Of a stretch of 64,000 nucleotides of DNA, positions 39,814 through 48,972 are shown one piece after another. Position 1 is the first letter of the stretch. Each line of letters begins with the position of its first letter. The DNA comes from Longimicrobiales bacterium (GTDB taxonomy: Bacteria > Gemmatimonadota > Gemmatimonadetes > Longimicrobiales > Gaopeijiaceae). Where the stretch lies: NCBI GenBank assembly GCA_965116905.1, contig OZ220732.1:2784001-2848000 (forward strand), written 5' to 3'. A program made the translations under genes and the position numbers. The notes under the pieces were generated by a model, which was not told the DNA's origin, did not search any database, and saw only the letters and a list, made by a program, of their open reading frames with translations.

Positions 39814-40659
39814 TCATTCGATCCATACGATGTCGACACTGCCGAGCGCGGCCGATATCTCGATCTCCACCCTGCGGTCGGCAGCGTCCCAATTCACCGA
39901 CTGGTAGACGTTTCCTCTCCTGACGAGCCGTTCCGCATCGAACGTGGAAAGGAAGCGGCTCTCGCGGTGCACGCGAATGCCCAGCGATTCCGGCACGCGG
40001 ATCTCAAGTGCGCCCAGCCCCATATCGACCGACAGCATGGCGCTCTGCACCCAGCCGCCGTCCAGTTCCAGCACGACCGAGCCGACTCCGGCGTTCACCT
40101 CGATCTCGCTCGTGTTGAAGTTCCCGAGCCCGCTGACGCGAAGGTCGGCCGCGCCCACGGCGATGATCGCCTCCTCCATCGGCTCCGGGTTCGGTTCCCG
40201 AATTCTCAGGATCGACTCGGAGGCACCCGTATTCAGTTCGAGCCGCGATACGGGGATGCCGGTGAGGTCCACATCCGCCCGCCCCGCACCGAAGTCGAGT
40301 TCAATGTCGGCCGGGACATCCGGTCCGAGTTGCAGGTCCAGGGAGGGACCCTCCGACTTGCCGCGAAAGCTCCGGCCGCGATGGCTGTGTATGGAGATGC
40401 CCACATCGAGGTGTTGATGCCCGTACTCGGCAATCGGCTCGGCCGTTTCTTCGTCGAAGCGGAAGAGCGCTGTATACAGGGAGCCCTCGTCGCCCCTGCC
40501 GATCCTGAGAACGCCCGCCCCGTAGCCGACCGACACGGTGAGGCGTTCCTCGTTCGTCACGAGCCGGGAGGACGTGAAGGTCTTCCAGCTCTGCGCTGCG
40601 GCCGGCAGGGGCGCGACGAGTGCCGCGCCGGCGGCCAGGACCAGGATGGATCGGCTCAT
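39814..40659 (-). CDS. Secreted toast-rack / LiaF-like beta-repeat protein
   Basis: Signal peptide ending AAA-Q, repeated GAG/GAS/GAA/GVG/GLG beta units, terminal ISAALGSVDIVW. Confidence 0.72.
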   Translation of the reverse strand: MSRSILVLAAGAALVAPLPAAAQSWKTFTSSRLVTNEERLTVSVGYGAGVLRIGRGDEGSLYTALFRFDEETAEPIAEYGHQHLDVGISIHSHRGRSFRGKSEGPSLDLQLGPDVPADIELDFGAGRADVDLTGIPVSRLELNTGASESILRIREPNPEPMEEAIIAVGAADLRVSGLGNFNTSEIEVNAGVGSVVLELDGGWVQSAMLSVDMGLGALEIRVPESLGIRVHRESRFLSTFDAERLVRRGNVYQSVNWDAADRRVEIEISAALGSVDIVWIE

Positions 40660-42218
40660 GACTCGTCGTCCCCGGTCGCGGTCGCCCCGTCGTCCACGCC
40701 ATCCCCGGGTTCGTCGGGGACACCATCGTCCTCCGCCTCCCGCCAGTCGACCGGATCGTAGGGGCCCTCCTCGAAGTCGTAGTCGATGGGACGGCGGCCG
40801 CCGCGCGTCACGATGACCGCGCCCAGGCCGGTCAGCGTTGCAGCGACGCTTGCGATGGTGCCCATACCGATGACGAGTGAGCCTGTCCAGCTCACCAGGG
40901 GCAGCACCTGAAGCGCGTTGCCGACAACGAAGGGGACGGTCAGCGCGGCAAGGCCGAGGAGGCGGAGGTGGGTCGGGCTGGCGGGATCGACCCGGTCGAG
41001 CCACGGGAAGTCGTGCTCGAGCACCCATCTTCCCACCTGCTGTCCGACGCCCACGTATCCCATGAATCCCGCGACCAGCACCGCCAGCGGGAAGAGCGGC
41101 ACCCAGGCCAGCAGCACCGGCAGGCCCACGACCGAGATCGCGAGCACCACGATACCGAGGACATAGACCGGGAGGATCAGGAAGCCGCCGGCAAAGCCGA
41201 CCACAGCGCTGCGCGCCGGCTGGCGTCCGACCGCCCTGGTGACCACGTCCAGCCGATCCGCGGAGAAACGCGTCATGAGCAGCGTCAACAGACCCAGGAT
41301 GACGAAGGTGACCCCGGTCCCGACGATATCGCCCATGGCGCGGCCGACTCGCGCGAATCCGCTCGTCCGTCTGGCTCCCCGCGTGCGGCTCAGCTCACGC
41401 GTGACCTCGGCCGCGATCTCCTCGCGGAACCGGCTCTCCGCCCGCCGCAGCTGCCGCGTCACGTCCACCACCTCGCCGTCCACCTCGCCGCCGCGACGTT
41501 CCAGGTCCGACTGGATCAGGTGGATGTCGCCATCGACCTCTCCGTCCTCCCGCAGCGTGATGGTGCCATCGAGCACGATCACGTCGCCGTCGACGCTCCC
41601 GCGGACATCCAGGTGCCCTCCCACGACCAGCACGGACCCCGAGTGCGACGTTCCCTCGCGCACCGTGTGGTCCTGATGCAGCCAGATCCCCAGCGACTCC
41701 AGGTCGACATCCTCGAGGGCCGTGCCCAGGGCCTCCACGTTTTCACTGTGCGCGACGGCCTCCAGGAGTTCCCCCATCCTTTGCCCGGCCACGGAGCGGC
41801 TCACGCCTCCGCCGGCGCCGGCGACGGCACCTTCCAGGGCACCGTCAATCGCCTGAAGGAGGTCCGCCTCGGCTCCGCCCAGATCCGGATCCGGCTCCCA
41901 GCGCTCGAGCGCGACGGCCAATGGACCGTTCGACAGGGAAAGGACGTCCGAGAGCAGGCTGCGCCACTCCCGTTCGGCTGCACCACCGGATTGGTAGGTG
42001 CCCAGGACCTCGCCGTTGGCCGTGACGCGACCGTTCTCGAAGGTGATCGAGAACGTCGCGCCGTCGGAAAACTCGAGTTCCAGCGACGCCTCGGAGCTGG
42101 AGACTCCCAGCTGATTGGAGACGACCTGTCGCTCCTGAGCCGCGGCATCTGCGGTGGCGAGCATTCCGCCACCGGCGGCTGCGGCGAGCAACCAGTTCAT
42201 TCGGTCAAATCGGTACAT
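40656..42218 (-). CDS. Membrane protein with bactofilin-like (polymer-forming cytoskeletal) beta-helix
   Basis: Signal peptide, GSVDGDVIVLDG..GEVDGDI..GEVDGEV repeats, several C-terminal TMs. Confidence 0.75.
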   Translation of the reverse strand: MYRFDRMNWLLAAAAGGGMLATADAAAQERQVVSNQLGVSSSEASLELEFSDGATFSITFENGRVTANGEVLGTYQSGGAAEREWRSLLSDVLSLSNGPLAVALERWEPDPDLGGAEADLLQAIDGALEGAVAGAGGGVSRSVAGQRMGELLEAVAHSENVEALGTALEDVDLESLGIWLHQDHTVREGTSHSGSVLVVGGHLDVRGSVDGDVIVLDGTITLREDGEVDGDIHLIQSDLERRGGEVDGEVVDVTRQLRRAESRFREEIAAEVTRELSRTRGARRTSGFARVGRAMGDIVGTGVTFVILGLLTLLMTRFSADRLDVVTRAVGRQPARSAVVGFAGGFLILPVYVLGIVVLAISVVGLPVLLAWVPLFPLAVLVAGFMGYVGVGQQVGRWVLEHDFPWLDRVDPASPTHLRLLGLAALTVPFVVGNALQVLPLVSWTGSLVIGMGTIASVAATLTGLGAVIVTRGGRRPIDYDFEEGPYDPVDWREAEDDGVPDEPGDGVDDGATATGDDES

Positions 42219-43119
42219 AACGACGCTCCGAAACCGGGATCTTGATGATGTTCCTGTAGAGAACCCAAGCCGAAACCAGCGTGAGACAGGCGAAAAGAAG
42301 AACAGTCGCGGCGATGGCCGGCCCCGGTGGCGCCACCCCGTCGAGGAATCCGAACACGCCGCCCAGCGCGCTCCCGAAACCGCTGTTCACGAGACCCGAA
42401 ACGGCCTCGGCGGTCTTGGTCCACAGGAAGCTCGCGACGTTGGACGCCGTGACAAGGGGATTGTTGGAAAAGAGCATGTATGCGGTCGCCAGCACGGCGG
42501 TGGTCGGGCCGAATGCGATACCGGATGCGGCCGCGAGACGGTCCGCCGGGCGAGACCAGGCACGCCTTATCCGCCGGGCGAAACCGCTGCGCCGGGCAGA
42601 TGTCGCGGACGCCGCGGGCGCCGTGGCGACCCGGGCCATGACCCGGTCACCGAATCCCGCCGCCGGCGCATGGGTGGGCAGCCGGTCCAGTTCGTCGTGC
42701 AATCGCCTCCATGTGGCAAGGGCGCGGGCCGCTTCGGGGTCGCGTGCCACGAATGCGGACAGGGCCTTGGCCTGGCGCGCCGGGAGGCCTTCGTCCAGGA
42801 GGCTGGCGAGTGCATTCGGCACGATGGCGAATGAACCCCCGCCGATCCACGCGCGCAGGCGAACACGCCAGGATCTTCCCGCGTACAGCGCCGCGAGCAC
42901 ACGGACCCTGAAGTCCGGCGAGGGCGCGAACACGGCGAGCTGATCGAGGGCCGCCAGTACCGAGCGAAAGGCGCGAACCTCGGCCTCGAGCCCGGGATTG
43001 CCCGCGATCTCCCGTTCGAACTCGGCGGCCTCGGCGGAGCGCAGTTCGCCGTCCAGATACGAGAATATCCTTCTCGTCTCCGGGTTCAGGACCCCTGCTT
43101 TGCGCTCGATTCTCGTCAC
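42205..43119 (-). CDS. Anti-sigma factor with two tandem anti-sigma-like domains and two TMs
   Basis: SYLDGEL..APSPDFRVRVL and SLLDEGL..APAAGFGDRVM, follows the ECF sigma, GTG start after GGAGGAG. Confidence 0.8.
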   Translation of the reverse strand: MTRIERKAGVLNPETRRIFSYLDGELRSAEAAEFEREIAGNPGLEAEVRAFRSVLAALDQLAVFAPSPDFRVRVLAALYAGRSWRVRLRAWIGGGSFAIVPNALASLLDEGLPARQAKALSAFVARDPEAARALATWRRLHDELDRLPTHAPAAGFGDRVMARVATAPAASATSARRSGFARRIRRAWSRPADRLAAASGIAFGPTTAVLATAYMLFSNNPLVTASNVASFLWTKTAEAVSGLVNSGFGSALGGVFGFLDGVAPPGPAIAATVLLFACLTLVSAWVLYRNIIKIPVSERRYVPI

Positions 43120-43145
43120 TGTTGTGCTCCTCCGGGATTCGCCTT

Positions 43146-43202
43146 CACTACGGTCCGTAAAATCCGCTGGTTTCACTACGTGCGCCACCCGCGGCGGGTT
43201 GC
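43146..43202 (-). promoter_or_regulatory. Two tandem ECF-type promoters (AAC-N17-CGTAGTG)
   Basis: GCAAC(43202-43198)-N17-CGTAGTG(43180-43174) and TGAAAC(43175-43170)-N17-CGTAGTG(43152-43146). Confidence 0.65.
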
Positions 43203-43204
43203 GG

Positions 43205-43801
43205 CTAGCCGGGCTCGACGACGTGGGCCAGCGACTCCTTCAACTCGAGACGGGCCCTGTGGATGTAGGTCTTCACCGTGCCCAGCGGCAATCCCATGAT
43301 CTCCGCAATTTCCTTGTAGGAGTAACCCTCCACGTGCCTGAGCAGCGTCACGGCGCGGTACTCGGGCCGCAGCTTGCCGATCGCGGCTTCGATCTGGCTT
43401 CCCAGTTCCATGTTCTCCACATAGGCATCCGGGCGTTCGTCCGGGGACTCCACGATCGGCGTGGTCTGTGCCTGCGCTTCCTCCGTGAGGGCGTGGGGAG
43501 ACCCCTGCAGCGATATGGTATCGAGCCGCTTCTTGCGCAGGTGGTCGATGGTGACGTTGTTGGCGATCTTGAAGATCCAGCTGGAGAACTTGTACTTCGG
43601 ATTGTAGCTGCCGATCGCGTTGAAGGCGCGGATGAAGGCTTCCTGGGACAGATCCTCTGCGAGACTCCGGTCACGGACCATTCGATAGACGAGCGAGAAG
43701 ACCGGCCGCTCGTAGCGCTTGAGCAGCTCGCGGAACGCACTCTGGCGTCCGTTGGCGGCCAGGGCGGCCAGGGTTCTGTCGTCGGGCGCGGGATCTTGCA
43801 A
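43205..43801 (-). CDS. ECF sigma factor (RpoE/SigW-like)
   Basis: AEDLSQEAFIRAF, KFSSWIFKIANN, YSYKEIAEIMGLPLGTVKTYIHRAR. Confidence 0.95.
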   Translation of the reverse strand: MQDPAPDDRTLAALAANGRQSAFRELLKRYERPVFSLVYRMVRDRSLAEDLSQEAFIRAFNAIGSYNPKYKFSSWIFKIANNVTIDHLRKKRLDTISLQGSPHALTEEAQAQTTPIVESPDERPDAYVENMELGSQIEAAIGKLRPEYRAVTLLRHVEGYSYKEIAEIMGLPLGTVKTYIHRARLELKESLAHVVEPG

Positions 43802-44009
43802 GGACTGCGCGTGGGGCCGTGGGCCGTCCCTTGAAGGAAGCGTGGCTCCGCGGGACCGCCGTGACGATCCCCGGTGGATTCGAGAACGGACTACGTTTCA
43901 GGGGCGAATTCCCGTCAGTCGGACGCGTGGCGGGTGGATTCGGCTCCGGTGGGGATTCTACGTTTTCGAGTTCCATTCTACCACGTTACCAGATTCCAGG
44001 AGGTACGGC

Positions 44010-44777
44010 TTGGCGGCTTCGCGGGACGCGGACCCGGCAGCCGGAGACGCTCGCGCCGCACAGGTTCGGACGCTCTTCAGCGAGATCGCGCCTCGTTACG
44101 ATCTCCTGAATCATGTTCTGAGCCTGAACATCGACCGGAAGTGGCGTCGGCAAGCGGTACGGGCCCTCGGCTGGGAACTCGCCCCGCGCGGGACCTACCT
44201 GGACGCGTGTTCCGGCACCTTCGATCTCGCACTCGAACTGGCGGGGCGGCAAGGCTTTGCGGGCCGTGTGGTAGGGGCCGATTTCGCCCTGCCCATGCTG
44301 GCCCGGGGGATGCCCAAGATCCAGGCGGCTTCGGTGGCGGCCGTGTGCGGCGACACGCAGCAGCTTCCGTTCGCGACGGCCACGTTCGCGGGGGCGACGG
44401 TCGGCTTCGGAGTGCGCAATCTTTCCGATCTGGCGGCCGGGTTCCGCGAACTGCACCGCGTGCTCAAGCCCGGTGGACGCCTGGTGGTGCTGGAGTTCAC
44501 GGTGCCGCCCGGGAGCATCCTGCGTGCGGCGTACCTGCTCTACTTCAATCGGATTCTGCCGGTGATCGGACGCCTGGTGTCGGGTCATCCGTGGGCGTAC
44601 GAGTACCTGCCCCGGTCGGTGCGTGACTTTCCCGGTCCCCGCGCGCTGGCCCGGCTTCTGCAGAGCGCGGGGTTCGCGGCGGTCGAGTGGCGTCTGGTCA
44701 ATCGGGGGATCGCGGCCATTCACGTGGCGTCGAAGGCCGGTCGGGAAAGTCCTCCAGTCCCTCGGAGAGCACGGTAA
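44010..44777 (+). CDS. ubiE: Ubiquinone/menaquinone biosynthesis C-methyltransferase UbiE/MenG
   Basis: FSEIAPRYDLLNHVLS, LDACSGTFD, GFGVRN, RVLKPGG, AYEYLPRSV. TTG start after AGGAGG. Confidence 0.92.
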   Translation: MAASRDADPAAGDARAAQVRTLFSEIAPRYDLLNHVLSLNIDRKWRRQAVRALGWELAPRGTYLDACSGTFDLALELAGRQGFAGRVVGADFALPMLARGMPKIQAASVAAVCGDTQQLPFATATFAGATVGFGVRNLSDLAAGFRELHRVLKPGGRLVVLEFTVPPGSILRAAYLLYFNRILPVIGRLVSGHPWAYEYLPRSVRDFPGPRALARLLQSAGFAAVEWRLVNRGIAAIHVASKAGRESPPVPRRAR

Positions 44778-46221
44778 CCGGCCCGAGCTCCGAGGGTGAA
44801 CCGTCGAAGCGGGTCGTGTCGCCGACCAGGAGAATGGTCATTCGGGCCGGGTCCACCTCCGCCTGGAACACCTCCAGGACATCGTCGGCGGTCACGTCGC
44901 GAATGCCGTCGAGGTACCGCTCGAGCCAGTTTTCGGGAAGTCCCAGGCTCTCGTAGGTCATGCCGCGCGCCACGACCTGCAGGGGTGTGCGAAAGTTGAA
45001 GACGAACCCGTTGACGATCTCGCCCACGGCGTGCTCCACTTCGTCGGTGTCCGGTGCCTTGGCGCGCACGGAGTCGAGAGCGGCCAGCAACAGGCGCGCC
45101 GCGGCGAGCGTGCGCCCGGGCCTGGTCCGCGTCAGCGCGCCCACCAGCCCGTCGTCTCTCCGCGATGTGGTCCAGATCGACGACGCGCCATAGGTCAACC
45201 CCTGGCGGGTCCGAAGCTCCGTGGCGAGCCGGCTGGAGAGCCCCGAAGCCCCCAGAATCGAGTTCGCGATCCGCGAGGCGAAGTACTCGCCGGTGTCACC
45301 CTGGCGCAACGAGGACGAGTGGGCGAGCACCACGACGCTCTGCTCGATCTCCTTCTGGATCACGAAGACGCCCGGCTCGGTACGGATGTCGGGCTGCGGA
45401 TCCTCGAGGAGGTTCTCCGAGCACGGCGGCCAATCGTCCAGGATCCCCTCCAGCAGCCGGTGCGCACGGCTCCAGGTGATATCTCCGGCGACACCGAGCA
45501 CCATGTTCCCGGGACAGATGACCGCCTCGTGGACGAACCGCAGCTTTTCCTCGCTGAGGTCGTCGGGTTCGAGGTCCGAAGGCGCCATCTCCCAGCCGAC
45601 GGGGTGGTCTCCGTACATGATGCGGTTGAAGCGGCTGAAGGCCAGCGAGGCCGGATCGTCGCGGCGCCGCCGCACGCGCTCGAGCTCCGCGCCGCGCCAG
45701 ACCTCCACCTGGGTCGAGTCGAAGCGCGGCCAGCGGAGCATGTCGGCCCAGAGCGACACGGCTTCGTCGAGCTGCCCCGTGAGTGTGTTGATCCACGACG
45801 AGGAGCCGCCGCCTCCCTGTCCGAAGCTGGTTGCGAGCGCCAGCAACTCGATCCGGGCGTCCACCGAATCGGGCGGCAGGTCCCTGGTGCCGCCGGTGCG
45901 CATCAGCCCGGGGACGGCGGTGGCGGCGGCGAAGTGGTCGCGTGCGAACCTCCGCACGCCGCCGCGGAAGGTGGCGTAGATGGTCACCAGCGGAAGTTCC
46001 CGGTCCTCGGCGAAGTACACCGGCACGCCCCTCACCGTTTCCTTGCGCGGCTTGACGGGGCTGAAGCGCAACTCCGGGAATTCCAGCGCGTCGATCCGCT
46101 CCCGGACCGACTCCTGGGCCGAAGCCGGGCGCACGCCGCCGGCAAGGGCTGCCGCAACGGCCGATGTCGCGGCGGCCAGCAGGGCGGTGCGGAACGGGGC
46201 GCCCCGGGCATGCATGTTCAC
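44698..46221 (-). CDS. M16 peptidase family, non-catalytic subunit
   Basis: EDRELPLV, SSRLATELRTRQGLTYG, no HxxEH, coupled to the catalytic subunit. Confidence 0.88.
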   Translation of the reverse strand: MNMHARGAPFRTALLAAATSAVAAALAGGVRPASAQESVRERIDALEFPELRFSPVKPRKETVRGVPVYFAEDRELPLVTIYATFRGGVRRFARDHFAAATAVPGLMRTGGTRDLPPDSVDARIELLALATSFGQGGGGSSSWINTLTGQLDEAVSLWADMLRWPRFDSTQVEVWRGAELERVRRRRDDPASLAFSRFNRIMYGDHPVGWEMAPSDLEPDDLSEEKLRFVHEAVICPGNMVLGVAGDITWSRAHRLLEGILDDWPPCSENLLEDPQPDIRTEPGVFVIQKEIEQSVVVLAHSSSLRQGDTGEYFASRIANSILGASGLSSRLATELRTRQGLTYGASSIWTTSRRDDGLVGALTRTRPGRTLAAARLLLAALDSVRAKAPDTDEVEHAVGEIVNGFVFNFRTPLQVVARGMTYESLGLPENWLERYLDGIRDVTADDVLEVFQAEVDPARMTILLVGDTTRFDGSPSELGPVTVLSEGLEDFPDRPSTPREWPRSPD

Positions 46222-47738
46222 GAGGGTCCCTTTCGGACCATCGTCGCGACCGTCCGGCTTTGCGGCGTCAGATACCGGATCGCGGCCCGCTGCACGTCCT
46301 CGGGGGTGACGTCGGCGATGCGCCGCGACAGGCGGAAGGTCTCTCGCCAGTCCCCGAACGAGGCCTGCGAGGCGGCGATCTGCAAGGCGAGCTCGAGGTT
46401 CGACGAGAGGCGGCGAAACTCGCCCGCGCTGATCTGGTTCCTGATGCGGAGCAGGGCCGAGGCATCCGGCGGCTCCCGTTTGATCGCCTCGATCTCCTCG
46501 TAGACGGCCGCTTCGATCTCGGCTGGCGTGTGCGGCGATTTCGGCACCGCGCTCACGATGAAAAGGCGAGGGTGGTCGAAGCCGGGTCCCTGGTAGGCGG
46601 AGACGTGCAGGGCGGACTGGTCGCGGGCGATGAGGCGCTGGTAGAGGCGCGTGGTCCTTCCTGCGGTGAGTACGGACGCGAGCATGGACAGGGCCGGGGC
46701 GTCCTCGTGGAGACCGGACACGCCCCGCCATCCGATCATGACCCGGGGTTCGGCGTCGAACTCGACGGTGATGCGGCGTTCACCGGCCTGTTCAGGTTCA
46801 CGGGCCGTCACCGGTGCCGCGGGGACTCCGGCAGGCACGTCGCTGAAGTACTCCTCGGCCCACTCGATGACCTGGCCGGGATCCACATCGCCGACGATGG
46901 ACGCGACGGCGTTGCGCGCACCGTAGTAGGCGCGAAAGTACTCCAGCGCCTGTCGGCGCGTCAGGGATTCGAGGTCCGCGGTGTGACCGATCACGGGGAC
47001 GCCGTACGGATGGACCTGAAAGGCCGTCGCGAGCAGCGAGGTCTCCAGGATGCCGCCCGGGCTGGTCTCCAGCCGCAATCGCCTTTCCTCGCGCACGACG
47101 TCCAGTTCGGTGGAGAAGCCGCGCATGACGGGGTTCGTCATCCGATCCGCTTCCAGCAGGAACCACAGCTCCAGCCGATTGGCCGGGAGTTCGACGAAAT
47201 ACCTCGTCGACTCGTGCATGGTGGTCGCGTTGAGTCCCCTGGCCCCGTGGGCCGTCAGGATCCGGTCGAACTCGTTCGGGATCGCGAGCGCATGCGCCTG
47301 CGACTCGATGGCGATCGCCAGGCTCCGCAGCCGCCGGACCTCGGCGGAGTCGGGTGCGCGCCCGGCAAGCTCGGCGATCAGGGAGTCCCGCACCGCATCC
47401 GCCGCGTCCATGAGAGGCGACTCTCCCGCGCGGTCCCGCGTGCCGATCTCTTCGCTGCCCTTGAAGAGCATGTGCTCGACCACGTGTGCGATGCCGGTGT
47501 TGCCCAGGTGTTCGTTGACCGAGCCGACCGGGTAGTGAACTACCAGCGACACGGTCGGAGACTGGCGGCGCGGCAGGATGAGGAACGTCATCCCGTTCTC
47601 CAGCGTATGCTGCGCCACGGGCAGCGCTTCACCCGGTGCCGCGCCGACTGGTGACTCCTGCGCCGAGGCCGGCGAAACCGGCGCCGGCTGGAGCCCGCAC
47701 AGAGCGGCCAGCGAGAGGACGATGGGGTTGCGCATCAT
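46218..47738 (-). CDS. M16 zinc peptidase, catalytic subunit
   Basis: LENGM, TGIAHVVEHMLFKGS (HxxEH), NATT, HPYGVPVIG. Confidence 0.92.
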   Translation of the reverse strand: MMRNPIVLSLAALCGLQPAPVSPASAQESPVGAAPGEALPVAQHTLENGMTFLILPRRQSPTVSLVVHYPVGSVNEHLGNTGIAHVVEHMLFKGSEEIGTRDRAGESPLMDAADAVRDSLIAELAGRAPDSAEVRRLRSLAIAIESQAHALAIPNEFDRILTAHGARGLNATTMHESTRYFVELPANRLELWFLLEADRMTNPVMRGFSTELDVVREERRLRLETSPGGILETSLLATAFQVHPYGVPVIGHTADLESLTRRQALEYFRAYYGARNAVASIVGDVDPGQVIEWAEEYFSDVPAGVPAAPVTAREPEQAGERRITVEFDAEPRVMIGWRGVSGLHEDAPALSMLASVLTAGRTTRLYQRLIARDQSALHVSAYQGPGFDHPRLFIVSAVPKSPHTPAEIEAAVYEEIEAIKREPPDASALLRIRNQISAGEFRRLSSNLELALQIAASQASFGDWRETFRLSRRIADVTPEDVQRAAIRYLTPQSRTVATMVRKGPS

Positions 47739-48565
47739 GGCGGGGCAGCCTGGCACCGTGGGCAGAAAAATGCGGAGCGGCCGCCGAAGACGATGCGCTC
47801 GATGGGCGTGCGGCAGCGGACGCAAGCGTCGCCCGCGCGGCCATACGCGTGCAACGCGCGGCCGAACCTGCCGACATCCCCTTCCGCGTTGCGGTAGTTG
47901 CGCAGGGTGGTGCCTCCGGCTCGGATCGCGCGTCGGAGCACCCGCCGGACGGCGCGGTGGAGTCGGGCGGCGGCTTCTTCGCCGATCGCGTTCGCCGGAG
48001 TGGCGGGGTGGACCCGCGCGAACCACAGCGCCTCGACCGCATAGATGTTGCCGACGCCGGCGACCTTTCTCTGGTCGAGAAGAAGTGAGCGGATCGGAGC
48101 GCGTGACCGCGAGAGCGTCCTCCGCAACACCCTTGCGGTGAAGGAGCGCGCCAGCGGTTCGGGGCCGAGCCGGCGGGACCAGCCCCGCCACTCCGTGCGC
48201 GGAATGAATGTGAGGAGGCCGAAGCGCCGCACGTCGTCATAGGTCACGCGACCGCCGTCGGCGAGGCGAAAATGTACCGCGGGGTGGGTCGTGCGGCGCG
48301 CCGGCCCCGAATTCACGCCGGACAGGATCCGGCCGGTCATTCCCAGGTTGATCACCAAACGGCTTCCGTCTTCGAAGGTGAAGACCACGTTCTTGCCCCT
48401 CCGGCCCACACCGCGAAACTGGCGGCCCGGCAGTGCTGCCGCAAAGGCGTGGGACGGACCCTTCACGACGTCGTCCCGGAGGACGGTCACGCCCGCGATG
48501 ACGCGCCCCGGCAGAACCGCATCCAGCCCGCGGGCGATGGTCTCGGCTTCGGGGAGCTCCGGCAA
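47735..48565 (-). CDS. mutM: Formamidopyrimidine-DNA glycosylase Fpg
   Basis: PELPEAE N-terminus (TTG start), RRGK, LGMTG, LLDQRKVAGVGNIY, CVRC..FCPRCQ. Confidence 0.96.
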   Translation of the reverse strand: MPELPEAETIARGLDAVLPGRVIAGVTVLRDDVVKGPSHAFAAALPGRQFRGVGRRGKNVVFTFEDGSRLVINLGMTGRILSGVNSGPARRTTHPAVHFRLADGGRVTYDDVRRFGLLTFIPRTEWRGWSRRLGPEPLARSFTARVLRRTLSRSRAPIRSLLLDQRKVAGVGNIYAVEALWFARVHPATPANAIGEEAAARLHRAVRRVLRRAIRAGGTTLRNYRNAEGDVGRFGRALHAYGRAGDACVRCRTPIERIVFGGRSAFFCPRCQAAPP

Positions 48566-48569
48566 GGCG

Positions 48570-48890
48570 TCACTCCAGCACGACGGCAGTCCCGCTCGAG
48601 GACACCATGAGCATGCCGTTCTGTGACCCCAGCACCTCGTAGTCCAGGTCCACCCCGACGACCGCGGTGGCGCCGCGGGCCCGGGCCTCCTCCGCCATCT
48701 CCCGGAGGGCTTCCTCGCGGCACTCGCGAAGGGCGTTCTCATAGGACGCCGAACGTCCGCCCACGATATCCCGGACGCTGGCCAGGATGTCCTTGAAAAT
48801 GTTCGCCCCGATGATGGCCTCGCCCGTTACGATCCCGAGGTAGCCCCGCACGCGATGCCCTTCCAGGGTGGGAGTCGTCGTAATGATCAT
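48570..48890 (-). CDS. YbjQ/UPF0145 family protein
   Basis: [37 protein letters not shown]. Confidence 0.93.
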   Translation of the reverse strand: MIITTTPTLEGHRVRGYLGIVTGEAIIGANIFKDILASVRDIVGGRSASYENALRECREEALREMAEEARARGATAVVGVDLDYEVLGSQNGMLMVSSSGTAVVLE

Positions 48891-48972
48891 TGCTGCCTTG
48901 CCTGTTCCTTTGTCGTTGTCTGGTTGTCAGGTTGCCGGGTTGTCGTTTCCCGGGAAGTGGCCGGCCAACGCC

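Noticed and set aside
48895..48955. GTTGTC-like short repeats between purD and the YbjQ gene
   Set aside because: Degenerate and short, best explained by the general slippage pattern
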